A stretch of 64,000 nt of DNA from Clostridia bacterium (GCA_030637025.1 DAOVVV010000001.1:50139-114138); one strand, 5' to 3'. Shown: positions 38,375 through 49,409, counted from the stretch's first letter. Notes: generated by a model not told the origin, from the sequence alone. Program-made: numbers and translations.

Positions 38375-38753
38375 ATGTTAATAAAAACAAACAAACACCT
38401 ACACTTAATAATAACATTTCTATAATCAAATAACTTATTATCATTAAAAACACTTCGATATTTCTAAAATTATAAATCTTTTTTATACCTAAAAATTGAA
38501 GTTTTAAAATCCAAAACGAAAAAACAAAAAAAACAATGCCGTAAATGGGAAATCTCAAAGGAATAAGATATTTACAAATTAAAGAAAAAGGAACCAATAA
38601 AGTCGCAAGCAACAAATTAAAACCGGATACAGCAAAAAGGGCTTTTAATCCTTGTTCTTTACCATACCATTTAGCCAGCAAATCAAAAAAAACAACATTA
38701 ATAAAACAAAACAAACTAAGAATAAACACAAAAAACGACCATTTCCCTATCAA
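38355..38753 (-). CDS. Small hypothetical membrane protein.
   Basis: 132 aa with 4 predicted transmembrane helices. Overlaps the radical SAM start by 20 nt. Confidence 0.4.
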   Translation of the reverse strand: MIGKWSFFVFILSLFCFINVVFFDLLAKWYGKEQGLKALFAVSGFNLLLATLLVPFSLICKYLIPLRFPIYGIVFFVFSFWILKLQFLGIKKIYNFRNIEVFLMIISYLIIEMLLLSVGVCLFLLTFVVAIL

Positions 38754-38953
38754 TTGTATTATATTAAATCTTCTGAAAAAAAGAAAAGAACAACTGGCAA
38801 CATAACTAAAAATACCAATAAAAATAAATAAAAAAAACCATCCTTTCGATGATTTTAATTTAATAATATTTTCTAATGAGCCCTCAGGATTTTCAAAAAA
38901 ATCATAAATAGTTTCTAAAATTTCATTCCTCCGTATAAATATGTATAATTATA

Positions 38954-39862
38954 TTACTTCAACATATACTCAAGCCGTACTTTTTGCTCAGGTAATATAT
39001 TATTAAAAAAAGCATAAGGATTTTTATACTTGCTCATTATTCCCAAAGCAGTACCTAACGGAGACTCAAAACTTGATATAATTTTAGGTTTCTTTTTAAT
39101 TCCGGCTAATTGTGCAGCTAATTTTATGGCATCTTCTTTGTTGCCTAATTCATCAATTAGTCCATTTTCTTTTGCCTGTTCCCCGGTAAAAATTCTTCCG
39201 TCGGCTAATAAACGAACTTTCTCCACATCCATTTTCCTTCCTTCGGCAATAGCATAAACAAATTGTTCATAAGCATTATTTATAACTCCCTGAAGTATTT
39301 CTTTTTCCTCTTCAGTCATTTTTCGGGCAAAAGAACCAATGTCTTTATATGTTCCACTTTTAATAACAGTCGTTTCTATTCCAATTTTAGTAAACAACAT
39401 TTCAACATTTTCTATCACCATAATTACACCTATACTACCGGTTATAGTCCCCGGATCAGCTACAATTTTATCGGCAGCACTAGCAATATAATATCCGCCG
39501 GAAGCAGCAACATCACCCATTGAAGCAACTACTTTTTTACCCTTCGCGCGAATTTTCAGTATTTCCCCATAAATTTCCTGAACTGCTCCGACACTGCCTC
39601 CCGGGCTATTTATTCGTAAAACCACTACTTTTACGAATTTATTATCCCCAAGTTCTTTTAATCTTTTAACGATACTATCAGACCCTCGTGGACTTCCCGG
39701 CCATGAACTTGCTTTATTTCCAACACTAATAGGCCCATATACATGAACAATAGAAATCCCTTTTAAAGACTCAGGAATTGGTTTTATTACAGAAATAATA
39801 CCTAAACCCACAGAAACAACATATAAGAAAATAATTAACAATATAATTTTTTGTTTTTTCAT
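38954..39862 (-). CDS. sppA: Signal peptide peptidase SppA (36K type).
   Basis: ASMGDVAASGGYYIASAADKIVADPGTITGSIGV is the S49-family catalytic region. 302 aa with an N-terminal transmembrane segment. Confidence 0.9.
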   Translation of the reverse strand: MKKQKIILLIIFLYVVSVGLGIISVIKPIPESLKGISIVHVYGPISVGNKASSWPGSPRGSDSIVKRLKELGDNKFVKVVVLRINSPGGSVGAVQEIYGEILKIRAKGKKVVASMGDVAASGGYYIASAADKIVADPGTITGSIGVIMVIENVEMLFTKIGIETTVIKSGTYKDIGSFARKMTEEEKEILQGVINNAYEQFVYAIAEGRKMDVEKVRLLADGRIFTGEQAKENGLIDELGNKEDAIKLAAQLAGIKKKPKIISSFESPLGTALGIMSKYKNPYAFFNNILPEQKVRLEYMLK

Positions 39863-39879
39863 AGTTTAATTAATGAATT

Positions 39880-40071
39880 TTAATCTTCTTCTATTTTTAT
39901 TGCTTCCATAGGACAATTTTCTGCGGCTTCCTTACAACACTCTTCCTGACCTTCCGGAACATTTTCCGTTTTTACCAGTACAGTGCTTCCTTCCATATCA
40001 AATAAATCACTGCATGTGTCAATACAAAGCCCACACCCCGTACACAAGTCTTCAATAATCTTAACCTTCAT
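39880..40071 (-). CDS. Small [4Fe-4S]/[3Fe-4S] ferredoxin.
   Basis: 63 aa. CTGCGLCIDTC...C and a C-terminal CP motif; the protein is acidic. Confidence 0.8.
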   Translation of the reverse strand: MKVKIIEDLCTGCGLCIDTCSDLFDMEGSTVLVKTENVPEGQEECCKEAAENCPMEAIKIEED

Positions 40072-40197
40072 TTCAACTGCCTCCTTTTTTTAAATTTATA
40101 TTATTACTTCTTAAACTGTTTTGTATTTTAATATAATTATCGTTTTTATGTCAATATAAAATTATAAAAATTTAATTTTTTACTTATTTTTAGGTTT

Positions 40198-40587
40198 CTA
40201 AAAAAATTTTAAAAACCTTTTAAAAAAACTTATTTTTTCCTTTTTTATGATCTTTACTTTATCTTGCAAGCAAAGACAAGACAGACCTACTACCCGGGGA
40301 CTAAATCTAGTATAAACTTTAACATTATCCTGGTCAATTTCTATTTTATCGACGGCAATAGTTAAAGGAACAATTTCTTCTTCCTTTTTTCCTCCCAATA
40401 AATGTGCAAGATACTGAGCAATATCACGTTGATCTACAATCTTTGCTAAAACTAAATTTCCCTTTTTCAATTTATGAGAAATAACACCCTCCATCGAGAT
40501 CGAATCTGCTAAAACTAATTCTGTTTCTAAAAATACAGTCGCATCCTGAGGGATAACTGATGAATTATTTTTTGTTTCTTTTTCCAT
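40198..40587 (-). CDS. Hypothetical protein.
   Basis: 129 aa with no recognisable family. Same strand, with reasonable spacing. Confidence 0.4.
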   Translation of the reverse strand: MEKETKNNSSVIPQDATVFLETELVLADSISMEGVISHKLKKGNLVLAKIVDQRDIAQYLAHLLGGKKEEEIVPLTIAVDKIEIDQDNVKVYTRFSPRVVGLSCLCLQDKVKIIKKEKISFFKRFLKFF

Positions 40588-40627
40588 TTTCTTTTAACCT
40601 TTTTTGAATTAATATTAATTATTAAAT

Positions 40628-41521
40628 TTAAGCCCTTGGATGAGCTTTTTCATAAATTTTTTTTATTTTCGTTGTAGTTAAATGAGTATAAATCTGGGTA
40701 GTTGATATATTAACATGTCCCAGCATTTCCTGTACCGCCCGTAAATCACATCCTGCATTCAATAAATGAGTAGCAAAAGTATGCCGTAAAGTATGAGGTG
40801 TTATACATTTATTTATCCCTGTTAACTTAATATAATGATTAATCACACGACAAACACTCCTGGTTGTAAGTCTTCCTCCTCTTGCGTTAATAAAAAAGGC
40901 ACTATGGAAAATTTTCTTTTTACTAAGATATTTTTCCCGCAATGGCAAATATCGGGTTAAAATTTTTAAAGCAATACTACCAATAGGAATCAGACGTTGC
41001 TTTCTCCCTTTTCCTGAAACCTTTATCATTTCTCCTAAAAAATCCAAATCCTGCACATTTAAAAACACCAATTCACTTACCCTCATTCCTGTAGCATAAA
41101 GAGTCTCCATCATTGCTTTATCTCTTAACTCTAAAAAAGTAGTTTCTTTTGGTATTTCAAGTAATATTTTTACTTCTTCTTCATCCAAAAAAACAGGTAT
41201 TCTTCTTTCTATTCGCGGACTTCTTATGTTAATAAACGGGTTTTTATCTACTATTTTTTCCCGGACTAAAAAAGAAAAAAAAGACCTTAAAACTGAAAGT
41301 TTCCGTTTTATACTGGATTTTTCATATCCATCATTTTGTAAGATAGATAAATAATTTCGTATATGCAAACGATTTATCTGCCGGACTTCAGAAACCTCCA
41401 TTTTAGTTAATATATCAAACCCCTGCCTTAAATCGATTTTATAATTTTGTATCGTATAAGAAGAAGCATTTTTTTCTACTTGCAAATGAAGAACAAAATC
41501 CTTAATATGTTCTTCTATCAT
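40628..41521 (-). CDS. Tyrosine site-specific recombinase XerC/XerD.
   Basis: The C-terminal catalytic box is HTLRHTFATHLL...LGHVNISTTQIYTHL. The probable start MIEEHIKDF lies immediately after the topA stop. Confidence 0.85.
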   Translation of the reverse strand: MIEEHIKDFVLHLQVEKNASSYTIQNYKIDLRQGFDILTKMEVSEVRQINRLHIRNYLSILQNDGYEKSSIKRKLSVLRSFFSFLVREKIVDKNPFINIRSPRIERRIPVFLDEEEVKILLEIPKETTFLELRDKAMMETLYATGMRVSELVFLNVQDLDFLGEMIKVSGKGRKQRLIPIGSIALKILTRYLPLREKYLSKKKIFHSAFFINARGGRLTTRSVCRVINHYIKLTGINKCITPHTLRHTFATHLLNAGCDLRAVQEMLGHVNISTTQIYTHLTTTKIKKIYEKAHPRA

Positions 41522-43635
41522 TCTCCTGTCGTCCTTTCTGAATTTAATTGCTTTCGATAAGTACACCCTTTTTGGACACACTTAAGATAGTTCTCTTTTT
41601 TAGATGCTTTTTTAATTAAATATTTTGCACCGCATAAAGGACAAGGTTCTAATACCGGTTTATCCCAGGAAATAAAATGACATTGGGGATAATTAGAACA
41701 ACCATAAAATACTCGTTTGCGGTGACTGATACGCTCAATTACAAACCCTTCACAAAGAGGGCAATTAACCCCTGCTTTTTTTAAAATAGCTTCCGTATGC
41801 TTACATTTCGGAAAAGAAGAACAAGCTAAAAACTCTCCAAAACGTCCTTGTTTAATAACCATCATTGAACCGCAATCTTTACACTTTTTATCAGTTGGTT
41901 TTGTCGGTATTTTTATTTTTACAATTTCTTTTTCCGCAATACTTAAGGTTTTCTCAAAAGGTTCATAGAAATCTTCCAATAGTTTTATCCATTTACCCTT
42001 GCCTTGCGCAATTCCATCTAAATCGGTTTCCATTTGGGCGGTAAAGCTAATATCTACAATTTTAGGAAAATATTTGACCAGTAAATCATTAACCATAACA
42101 CCTATTTTTTCCGGGAAAAAGCGTTTTTCAATCAATCTTACATAGTCCCGGGAAAGAATCGTATTTATTGTTGGGGCATAAGTAGATGGCCTCCCTATGC
42201 CATGTTTTTCAAGTGTTTTAATTAAGCTGGCTTCATTATAACGAGGAGGAGGCTGTGTAAAGTGCTGCTCCGGTATCAATTTTAACAAAGATAATTCCTC
42301 ATTTACCTGGAGAGGGGGAAGCAAGTATTCTCTTTCTTTTTTATTAGTATCGGTTGTTGTTGTATATGCTCTATTAAAACCTTCAAAGCGAATAACCTGT
42401 CCTGAAGCATGAAAAAGATAATTTTTAGCCTGAATATCAACTCCCGTCATATCAATTATCGCATCAGCCATTTGGCTGGCCAAAAATCGTTGCCAGATTA
42501 AACTGTAAAGTTTAAATTGATAACTGTCCAAATGTTCTTTAATTGTTTCCGGAGCTCTAAAAACAGAAGTCGGCCTAATAGCTTCATGTGCTTCCTGGGC
42601 TCCTTTACTTTTCGTTTTATAAATTCGTTGCTTTGCAGGTAAATACTCCTTTCCATATTTTGCTCCAATATAATCCATTGCTTCTTTTCTCGCAGAAACA
42701 GCTACATTTAAAGAGTCGGTACGCATATAAGTAATTAAACCCTCATGCTCGTCTTTCCCTAAATTAATTCCCTCATAAAGTTGTTGAGCTATTCTCATAG
42801 TCCGTTGAGCAGAAAAAGATAATTTTTGCCATGCTTCCTGTTGTAATGTGCTGGTAGTAAAAGGTGGATGGGGTTTTTGTTTTTTCTCTTTTTTAGTAAT
42901 TTTTACTATCTTATAAACCGCACCGGAAAGATCTGCAATAATTTCTAACGCTTGTTTATTATTAGCAATTCCTAATTTTTCGTATTTTTTCCCCTGCCTG
43001 GATATTAATAAAGCATTTAATTCTTCTTCTTTCTCCGGTTTTTTAAGATTTGCTTTGATTGTCCAATATTCCTGAGCTTTAAACGCCTCTATTTCTTTTT
43101 CCCTATCTACAATCAAGCGTAAAGCAACTGATTGAACTCTACCTGCAGAAAGTCCTTTTCTTATTTTTTTACCTAATAACGGGCTTAATTTATATCCAAC
43201 CAAACGGTCTAAAATTCGCCGTGCTTGTTGAGCATTTACTAAATGCATATCGATTTGCCGTGGATTTTTGATAGACTTTTCTATTGCCTGTTTAGTTATT
43301 TCGTGAAAAACAATTCGTTTAATTTTCTCAGAGGGAATGCCTATTGATTCAATTAAATGCCAGCCAATTGCTTCCCCTTCCCTATCCTGATCAGTAGCAA
43401 TATAAACTTCTACGACCTGTTTAACTATTTTTTGTAATTCTTTTACAATTTTGGATTTACCCTTGATAATTTGATAAGTGGGTTTAAACTTTTTTTCAAC
43501 ATCTACTCCTAATTTCCTCACGGGTAAATCCCGTACATGCCCCAATGAATTTTTTACTACATAGCTCCCACCTAAAAACCGATTAATTGTTTTCGCTTTA
43601 GTAGGTGATTCCACAATAACTAAAATTTTTTTCAA
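41518..43635 (-). CDS. topA: DNA topoisomerase I (TopA) with C-terminal zinc ribbons.
   Basis: MKKILVIVESPTKAKTI is the TOPRIM N-terminus. 705 aa, with multiple C-terminal CxxC-type zinc-finger modules. Confidence 0.95.
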   Translation of the reverse strand: MKKILVIVESPTKAKTINRFLGGSYVVKNSLGHVRDLPVRKLGVDVEKKFKPTYQIIKGKSKIVKELQKIVKQVVEVYIATDQDREGEAIGWHLIESIGIPSEKIKRIVFHEITKQAIEKSIKNPRQIDMHLVNAQQARRILDRLVGYKLSPLLGKKIRKGLSAGRVQSVALRLIVDREKEIEAFKAQEYWTIKANLKKPEKEEELNALLISRQGKKYEKLGIANNKQALEIIADLSGAVYKIVKITKKEKKQKPHPPFTTSTLQQEAWQKLSFSAQRTMRIAQQLYEGINLGKDEHEGLITYMRTDSLNVAVSARKEAMDYIGAKYGKEYLPAKQRIYKTKSKGAQEAHEAIRPTSVFRAPETIKEHLDSYQFKLYSLIWQRFLASQMADAIIDMTGVDIQAKNYLFHASGQVIRFEGFNRAYTTTTDTNKKEREYLLPPLQVNEELSLLKLIPEQHFTQPPPRYNEASLIKTLEKHGIGRPSTYAPTINTILSRDYVRLIEKRFFPEKIGVMVNDLLVKYFPKIVDISFTAQMETDLDGIAQGKGKWIKLLEDFYEPFEKTLSIAEKEIVKIKIPTKPTDKKCKDCGSMMVIKQGRFGEFLACSSFPKCKHTEAILKKAGVNCPLCEGFVIERISHRKRVFYGCSNYPQCHFISWDKPVLEPCPLCGAKYLIKKASKKENYLKCVQKGCTYRKQLNSERTTGE

Positions 43636-43844
43636 TTTAAAAGCTCACCACTTTCTTTAACTTTCTTCTTTTGTTCAATATAGCCGATAAGCGTACGAAT
43701 AAAAATATCTTCCATTTCCTCGGCTTCATATTTTTCTCTTCCATCACATCCTTCACATCCTTTTTTTCCGCACTCATAAAAATCTATTATTCCTTCTGTT
43801 TCTTCTTCAAGAAATTCACTTATTACTTTAGAACGTTCATCCAT
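43632..43844 (-). CDS. Small acidic Cys-containing protein between dprA and topA.
   Basis: 70 aa, ECGKKGCEGCDG motif. Its start abuts the dprA stop and its end overlaps the topA start by 4 nt, so it appears translationally coupled. Confidence 0.5.
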   Translation of the reverse strand: MDERSKVISEFLEEETEGIIDFYECGKKGCEGCDGREKYEAEEMEDIFIRTLIGYIEQKKKVKESGELLN

Positions 43845-44990
43845 TTAAAACTCCTTTCTAACAAACATTTTACCTGAAATTTGTGTTATTAATCCCTTTA
43901 TTTCCATAAACATTAAAGAGGAAGAAATATCCTTAACCGGAAAATTACATTTTTGAACAATCGTATCAATGGCTATTGGTTCCCACCAAACACAATCATA
44001 AATTTTTTGTTCTTTCTGATTTAAAGAACAAACTGAATTTTGGGTTGTTTTCTTTGAATTCAATTTTAAATCGGAAATTCCTTTATTTTCTGATAAAAGC
44101 CGATTCGAAATTTCAGAAAAAACCTTTATTTCTTCAATCACATCAGCAATGGTCCCAACCAGCTTTGCACCTGTTTTGATTAAGTTATGCGGTCCCTGGC
44201 TATATTTGCTGAATATGTTTCCCGGAACAGCAAAAACCTCTCTTCCTTGTTGAAGAGCTAAATCAGCAGTAATCAATGCTCCGCTTTTCTCTCTCGCTTC
44301 CACAATAACAGTCCCTAAACTTAATCCACTGATAATTCGATTGCGAATAGGAAAATTAGGCCGCAGGGGTAAAGATGCCATTGAAAATTCCGAAATCAAC
44401 GCTCCCTGCTGAGAAATAAGCAATTCCAAATCTTTATTTTCTCTCGGATAAATTACAGATAACCCACTTCCTAATACAGCAACAGTTCGTCCTCCGCCGG
44501 CGATCGCTCCCTTATGAGCATGGGTATCAATTCCCCTGGCTAATCCACTTACTACGGTTATATCCAACGCAGCTAAATCACGGCTTATTTTTTCAGCAAC
44601 TGTTTTACCATAAGGAGTTGCTTTGCGCGATCCTACAATGGAAATAGAAAGATTATCTTTAAATAAAAAATCCCCTTTTACATAGAGAAGAAACGGGGGA
44701 TCATAAATTGATTTTAAATTAACAGGATAATCACGATCTTCGAAAGTAACTATTTTTATTTTATTTTCTTCAATTAATTTTAATTCAGCATCAATATCAA
44801 TATTCTTTAAACTGTTCCATATAGTTAACGCTTTTTTTCTGCTTAATCCTTCAACCTGTTCTACTTCACTTAAAGAAGATGCTACAACATTCGCAGGAGT
44901 AGAAAAATATCCCATCAATTTTTGAAAGCAAATGGGTCCTATTTCCGGAACCATTTTAAGTTTAACCCAGTCTATTTTTTCTTTTTCCAT
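43845..44990 (-). CDS. dprA: DNA processing protein DprA (Smf).
   Basis: 381 aa. Rossmann-like core with GLARGIDTHAHKGAIAGGGRTVAVLGSGL, and a C-terminal wHTH. Confidence 0.9.
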   Translation of the reverse strand: MEKEKIDWVKLKMVPEIGPICFQKLMGYFSTPANVVASSLSEVEQVEGLSRKKALTIWNSLKNIDIDAELKLIEENKIKIVTFEDRDYPVNLKSIYDPPFLLYVKGDFLFKDNLSISIVGSRKATPYGKTVAEKISRDLAALDITVVSGLARGIDTHAHKGAIAGGGRTVAVLGSGLSVIYPRENKDLELLISQQGALISEFSMASLPLRPNFPIRNRIISGLSLGTVIVEAREKSGALITADLALQQGREVFAVPGNIFSKYSQGPHNLIKTGAKLVGTIADVIEEIKVFSEISNRLLSENKGISDLKLNSKKTTQNSVCSLNQKEQKIYDCVWWEPIAIDTIVQKCNFPVKDISSSLMFMEIKGLITQISGKMFVRKEF

Positions 44991-45082
44991 TTTATTTTTT
45001 TAAGACAAAACTTTTTTTATAGTATAAAAATTTCTTTCGAAAGTCAAGAAAAATAAACTACCCCCCAGCTTGCTGCGGAGAA

Positions 45083-48082
45083 CTAAGCCGTAACGAGTTT
45101 TTCTTCCCGATGAAGCCTGACAGAAATAAGTTTAGAAACCCCAAATTCTTCCATAGTAACACCGTATAAAACGTCAGCTATTTCCATTGTTTTCTTATTA
45201 TGAGTAATTATACTAAACTGAGTTTTTGAAGAAAAATCTTTAAGTAAATGTATAAAACGAACTAAATTAGCATCATCAAGAGGAGCATCTACCTCATCAA
45301 AAACACAAAAAGGAGAAGGTTTTACCAGATAAAAAGCAAATAAAAGAGAAATTGCTGTTAATGCCTTTTCCCCTCCCGATAAAAGTGAAATGTTCTGTAA
45401 TTTTTTACCCGGTGGTTGTACAATAATATCTATCCCTGATTCTAAAATATCATTTTCATTAGTTAAAACTAAATCTGCCTCTCCTCCTTCAAATAAATTC
45501 TTAAATACCTCTTTAAAATGTTCGCGGATTTTTCCAAAAACTTCTCTAAAACTAGTCTTAGTAGTAACATCCACCTTGTTTATAACCTGGTGTAAATCTT
45601 TTTTCGCCTTTAGTAAATCTTCTTGTTGATTATTTAAAAAATCCCATCTTTCCTGTAAACGACCGTATTCTTCCGGTGCGGCCAGATTTACCATGCCTAA
45701 AGATTCTACTTTTCGTTTTAAACTTTCAATCTCAGCTTCCGAAACTTCTACCTCAGGACAATAAGTATTTGCCTCATTTCTATCTAAGTGATAATCCTTT
45801 TTAAATTTATTCCCAATGGCTTCAATTTCCATCCGGGTACGCATATTCTGCAATTCAAACTGATGTAATTGTTCTTGTGTTTTATTAGAAGATACTCTGA
45901 TTGATTTTAAATCTTCCTCTTCTTTTTTTAATTGTTGGTTTATTTCAAATTTTACCGATTGAATATCCTTTAATCTTTCATTCAAGCTGTCTTTTTCTTT
46001 ATAAAAGTTCTCGATTTTGCCATCCTCTGCTCCTTTAGTTCCCTCTAATTCTTCCTTTCGTTTATCAAAATACGCCAATTCGCTTTGTTTATTCTTAATT
46101 TGATTTTGCAATATATTCTCTTCTACTTTAAATCTTTTTATGTCTTTTTTGAAGTTTTCTACTCTTTCAATGTTTCTGGAAACTTCTGTTTTTAACAAAA
46201 TCATTTCTTCTTGGAGAATTTTATAAGTATTTTTCTTTTTTTCTAAATCTTCCTCTATTAACTCTATGTTTTCTTCTGTTTCTTTTTCTTTCTTTTCATA
46301 TTCGGTGAATTCCTGTTTTAATTCTGCACCCACGTTTTCCTTGCTTGAAATTTCTTTATCCAGATTTTCTTTTTCCCGCGAAATTGCTTCTAATTCTACT
46401 AAAAGCAATTTATTTTCTTTTTCTTTTTGTTCTCTGTCTTTTTGGAGTTTGGTGAGAAATATTTTTTCTTCTTCTATTTTAGGCAATTTATCCTGCTCAA
46501 ATTGCAGTGTTTCATCTAATTGTTTGGAAATACTTATTATTTGGTCTAATAGTGCTGTGATTTCTCTTAATTTTTTCTCTATTTCCGATACATCATAGTT
46601 TTGTATATTTTCCTGTAGATTTACCACTGCTTCTTTTAGTTGTAACATCTGTTCTTTGCTTTCTTTTGATGCTAAGTCTTTATCTTTTTTATCAATCAGC
46701 ATCAATTTTTTCTGCTCGGCAAATGATTTTAATATTTTTTCCTTTTCATCAATTAATTGCTGGATTTTATATTCTTCCTGTTCTATTAATTGCTTTTGTT
46801 TTTCTTTATTTGTTTTATCCTCTAATAGTTTTTCTCTTTTCATTTTAAAATTTTCCAGATATATTTCTGAAGCGGAAATTTTATTTTCAACTTGAGATTT
46901 TTGAGTTAATAAATTTATTATTTCTTCTTTGCCCGCCCTAAAGCGATTATCCAATTCTTTTAATTGTTCTTCTGCCTTTCTGAAACTATCTTCTTTCTGG
47001 GAATTTTTTTCTCCTTCCTGAGAAGTTTTTCCCTGATAAAAATTAAAATCTTCTTCCGTCTTTTTTAATGAAGCTACTAAATCTCCCAGTCTCTCCTGAA
47101 ATTCTTTGATTTCTTTTGAATTATTCTCTTTTCTTGAAATTAATTCTTCCTGTCGAATTCGATGCGACTGAATTTTGTCTTCCAAATGAATAATTTCCGA
47201 AGATTTTCTGAAAACTTCTTCCTGAACACTTAAGATGTCTTTTTCTTTACCGGTTAATTCTGTTTGCAGAGAAACTATACAAGCTTCTTTTTGAGTTATC
47301 TTTGTATTAATTCCCTGGGTTTCCTGACCGAAATTTTGTAGTTGTACTGCTTCTTCCTTTTGTTGTTGTTCAAGTTTTTTTAAGTTTTGTACTAAAAAAC
47401 CAACTTCTATTTTTTTTAATTCCTCTTTATGCTTTTGAAATTGACGGGCTTTTCTCGCTTGATAATCCAAAGAACCGATTTGTCGTTTAACTTCACTCAT
47501 TATATCCTGCAACCGCTCAAGATTTTGCTCTGTCTTTTCTATTTTTCGCAAAGCTTCTTCTTTGCGGGATTTATATTTGGTAATCCCTGCTGCTTCTTCA
47601 AAAATCAATCGCCTTTCTTCCGGTTTCGCATTAATGATAAATTCTACTTTCCCCTGCTCGATTAAGGAATAACTATCTACCCCTAAACCTGTATCCATAA
47701 ACAATTCAGTAATATCCTTTAATCTACAACGGATTTTATTAATATAATACTCACTCTCCCCGGAACGAAACAAACGACGCATAATATTTACTTCTTTATA
47801 ATCAACAGGAAGAATATTCTGTGAATTATCCAGTGTAAGAGACACCTCTGCCATACTCAAAGGCTTTCTGCTGCGAGAACCATTAAAAATGACATCTTCC
47901 ATCCGTTTTCCCCGTAACTGATGAGTGCTTTGTTCTCCCATAACCCATTTTATTGCATCTACAACATTTGTTTTTCCGCAGCCATTGGGCCCTACAACAG
48001 CAGTAATACCCGGCTCAAATTTTATCTTTAACCTATCGGCAAAAGACTTAAATCCGAAAATTTCCAATTTTTTAAAGTACAC
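45083..48082 (-). CDS. smc: Chromosome segregation protein SMC.
   Basis: 999 aa. N-terminal Walker A VVGPNGCGKTN, a long coiled coil with a hinge, and C-terminal LSGGEK plus Walker B FCVFDEVDAPLD. Confidence 0.95.
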   Translation of the reverse strand: MYFKKLEIFGFKSFADRLKIKFEPGITAVVGPNGCGKTNVVDAIKWVMGEQSTHQLRGKRMEDVIFNGSRSRKPLSMAEVSLTLDNSQNILPVDYKEVNIMRRLFRSGESEYYINKIRCRLKDITELFMDTGLGVDSYSLIEQGKVEFIINAKPEERRLIFEEAAGITKYKSRKEEALRKIEKTEQNLERLQDIMSEVKRQIGSLDYQARKARQFQKHKEELKKIEVGFLVQNLKKLEQQQKEEAVQLQNFGQETQGINTKITQKEACIVSLQTELTGKEKDILSVQEEVFRKSSEIIHLEDKIQSHRIRQEELISRKENNSKEIKEFQERLGDLVASLKKTEEDFNFYQGKTSQEGEKNSQKEDSFRKAEEQLKELDNRFRAGKEEIINLLTQKSQVENKISASEIYLENFKMKREKLLEDKTNKEKQKQLIEQEEYKIQQLIDEKEKILKSFAEQKKLMLIDKKDKDLASKESKEQMLQLKEAVVNLQENIQNYDVSEIEKKLREITALLDQIISISKQLDETLQFEQDKLPKIEEEKIFLTKLQKDREQKEKENKLLLVELEAISREKENLDKEISSKENVGAELKQEFTEYEKKEKETEENIELIEEDLEKKKNTYKILQEEMILLKTEVSRNIERVENFKKDIKRFKVEENILQNQIKNKQSELAYFDKRKEELEGTKGAEDGKIENFYKEKDSLNERLKDIQSVKFEINQQLKKEEEDLKSIRVSSNKTQEQLHQFELQNMRTRMEIEAIGNKFKKDYHLDRNEANTYCPEVEVSEAEIESLKRKVESLGMVNLAAPEEYGRLQERWDFLNNQQEDLLKAKKDLHQVINKVDVTTKTSFREVFGKIREHFKEVFKNLFEGGEADLVLTNENDILESGIDIIVQPPGKKLQNISLLSGGEKALTAISLLFAFYLVKPSPFCVFDEVDAPLDDANLVRFIHLLKDFSSKTQFSIITHNKKTMEIADVLYGVTMEEFGVSKLISVRLHREEKLVTA

Positions 48083-48239
48083 TTTTTAAACTCCTTACCA
48101 AAATATGTCTAAATTTAATATATTTTGTTATTTTAGCATTTTTCCTTTCATTTTTCAAGAAAAAACCTTCCGTAAAGCCCTTCATCTTTTATTCCGCCAA
48201 TACAATTGCCCTTGTTCTCCCTATTAACAACCACCATAT

Positions 48240-49409
48240 TTACAACGGAACTATTTTCTTAAAACTGCGTTTTCCCACCTGAAGTATATATTCCTTATCC
48301 ATGATTAAATCAAGATTTTCATCTTCTATCTTTTTTTGATTTACTTTTACCCCTCCCTGCCTAATTAATCTTTTAGCCTCATTCTTGCTTTTAACTAAGT
48401 TTGCTTTTAATAACATGTCTATAATCCATATCGTTTTTTCTTTTATTTCAATTTCTTCTATATCCCGGGGTATTTCCTTGGAAACAAAAATTTTTTCAAA
48501 ATCTTTTTCCGACTGAGAAGATATGTTTTGGTCATAAAACATGGCAACAATATGTTTGGCCAGATTTCTCTTAGCATCCCGCGGATGCTGTCCTTTCACC
48601 TCTCCCAACGAAATATCAGTCAATAATTGATAATATTTCAACATTAACTCATCAGAAATAGACATAATTTTACCAAACATATCCTGAGGGGAATCCGTAA
48701 CTCCTATATAATTATTCAAGCTCTTACTCATTTTTTTTACCCCGTCAGTGCCTTCCAAAAGAGGTAAAGTAATTACTATCTGTGGTTCCTGCCCAAAATC
48801 ACGTTGTAATTCCCTTCCTACTAAAAGATTAAATTTCTGGTCTGTTCCCCCTATTTCCACATCCGCCTTCAACTCTACCGAATCAAAGCCCTGAAGTAAT
48901 GGATAGATGAATTCTAATATGGTAATATCGGTATTTTGCTTGTAGCGTTTAGAAAAATCCGCCCGTGCCAGCATTTGAGCTACTGTATAATGTGCGGATA
49001 ATTTTATCATATCTTCCAGACTCCAGTGATTAAACCACTGGCTGTTAAGAATCAGTTTGGTGCGGCTTTTATCCAGTATTTTAAAAATCTGGTCGGCGTA
49101 AGTTTTTGTGTTTTCTATTATCTTTTCTTTGGTTACCGGTTTTCTGGTCTCGGATTTACCCGAGGGGTCCCCTATTTGAGCAGTAAAATCACCAATAATA
49201 AACAAAATTTCATGGCCCAGTTCTTGAAATTGCTTTAATTTCCGTAAAATTACTACATGCCCAAGATGAATATCCGGGGCAGTGGGATCCGCTCCGAATT
49301 TTATGCGTAACGGTTTTTCTCTGTTTAGTTTTTTAATTAATTCTTCCTCGGGAATAATTTCTACTGTATTTTTCCTTATTTTTTCCAATATTTTTTCTTC
49401 TTTTTTCAT
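48240..49409 (-). CDS. tyrS: Tyrosine--tRNA ligase.
   Basis: GADPTAPDIHLGH (HIGH), KMSKS, and a C-terminal S4 domain (RLIRQGGVKVN). 389 aa. Confidence 0.85.
   Translation of the reverse strand: MKKEEKILEKIRKNTVEIIPEEELIKKLNREKPLRIKFGADPTAPDIHLGHVVILRKLKQFQELGHEILFIIGDFTAQIGDPSGKSETRKPVTKEKIIENTKTYADQIFKILDKSRTKLILNSQWFNHWSLEDMIKLSAHYTVAQMLARADFSKRYKQNTDITILEFIYPLLQGFDSVELKADVEIGGTDQKFNLLVGRELQRDFGQEPQIVITLPLLEGTDGVKKMSKSLNNYIGVTDSPQDMFGKIMSISDELMLKYYQLLTDISLGEVKGQHPRDAKRNLAKHIVAMFYDQNISSQSEKDFEKIFVSKEIPRDIEEIEIKEKTIWIIDMLLKANLVKSKNEAKRLIRQGGVKVNQKKIEDENLDLIMDKEYILQVGKRSFKKIVPL

Noticed and set aside
45040-45082. GC-rich ccccccagcttgctgcggag segment after the smc stop, as a possible terminator or RNA.
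   Set aside because: The stem is only 4 bp (cagc/gctg) and the U-tract is weak. The evidence is insufficient.
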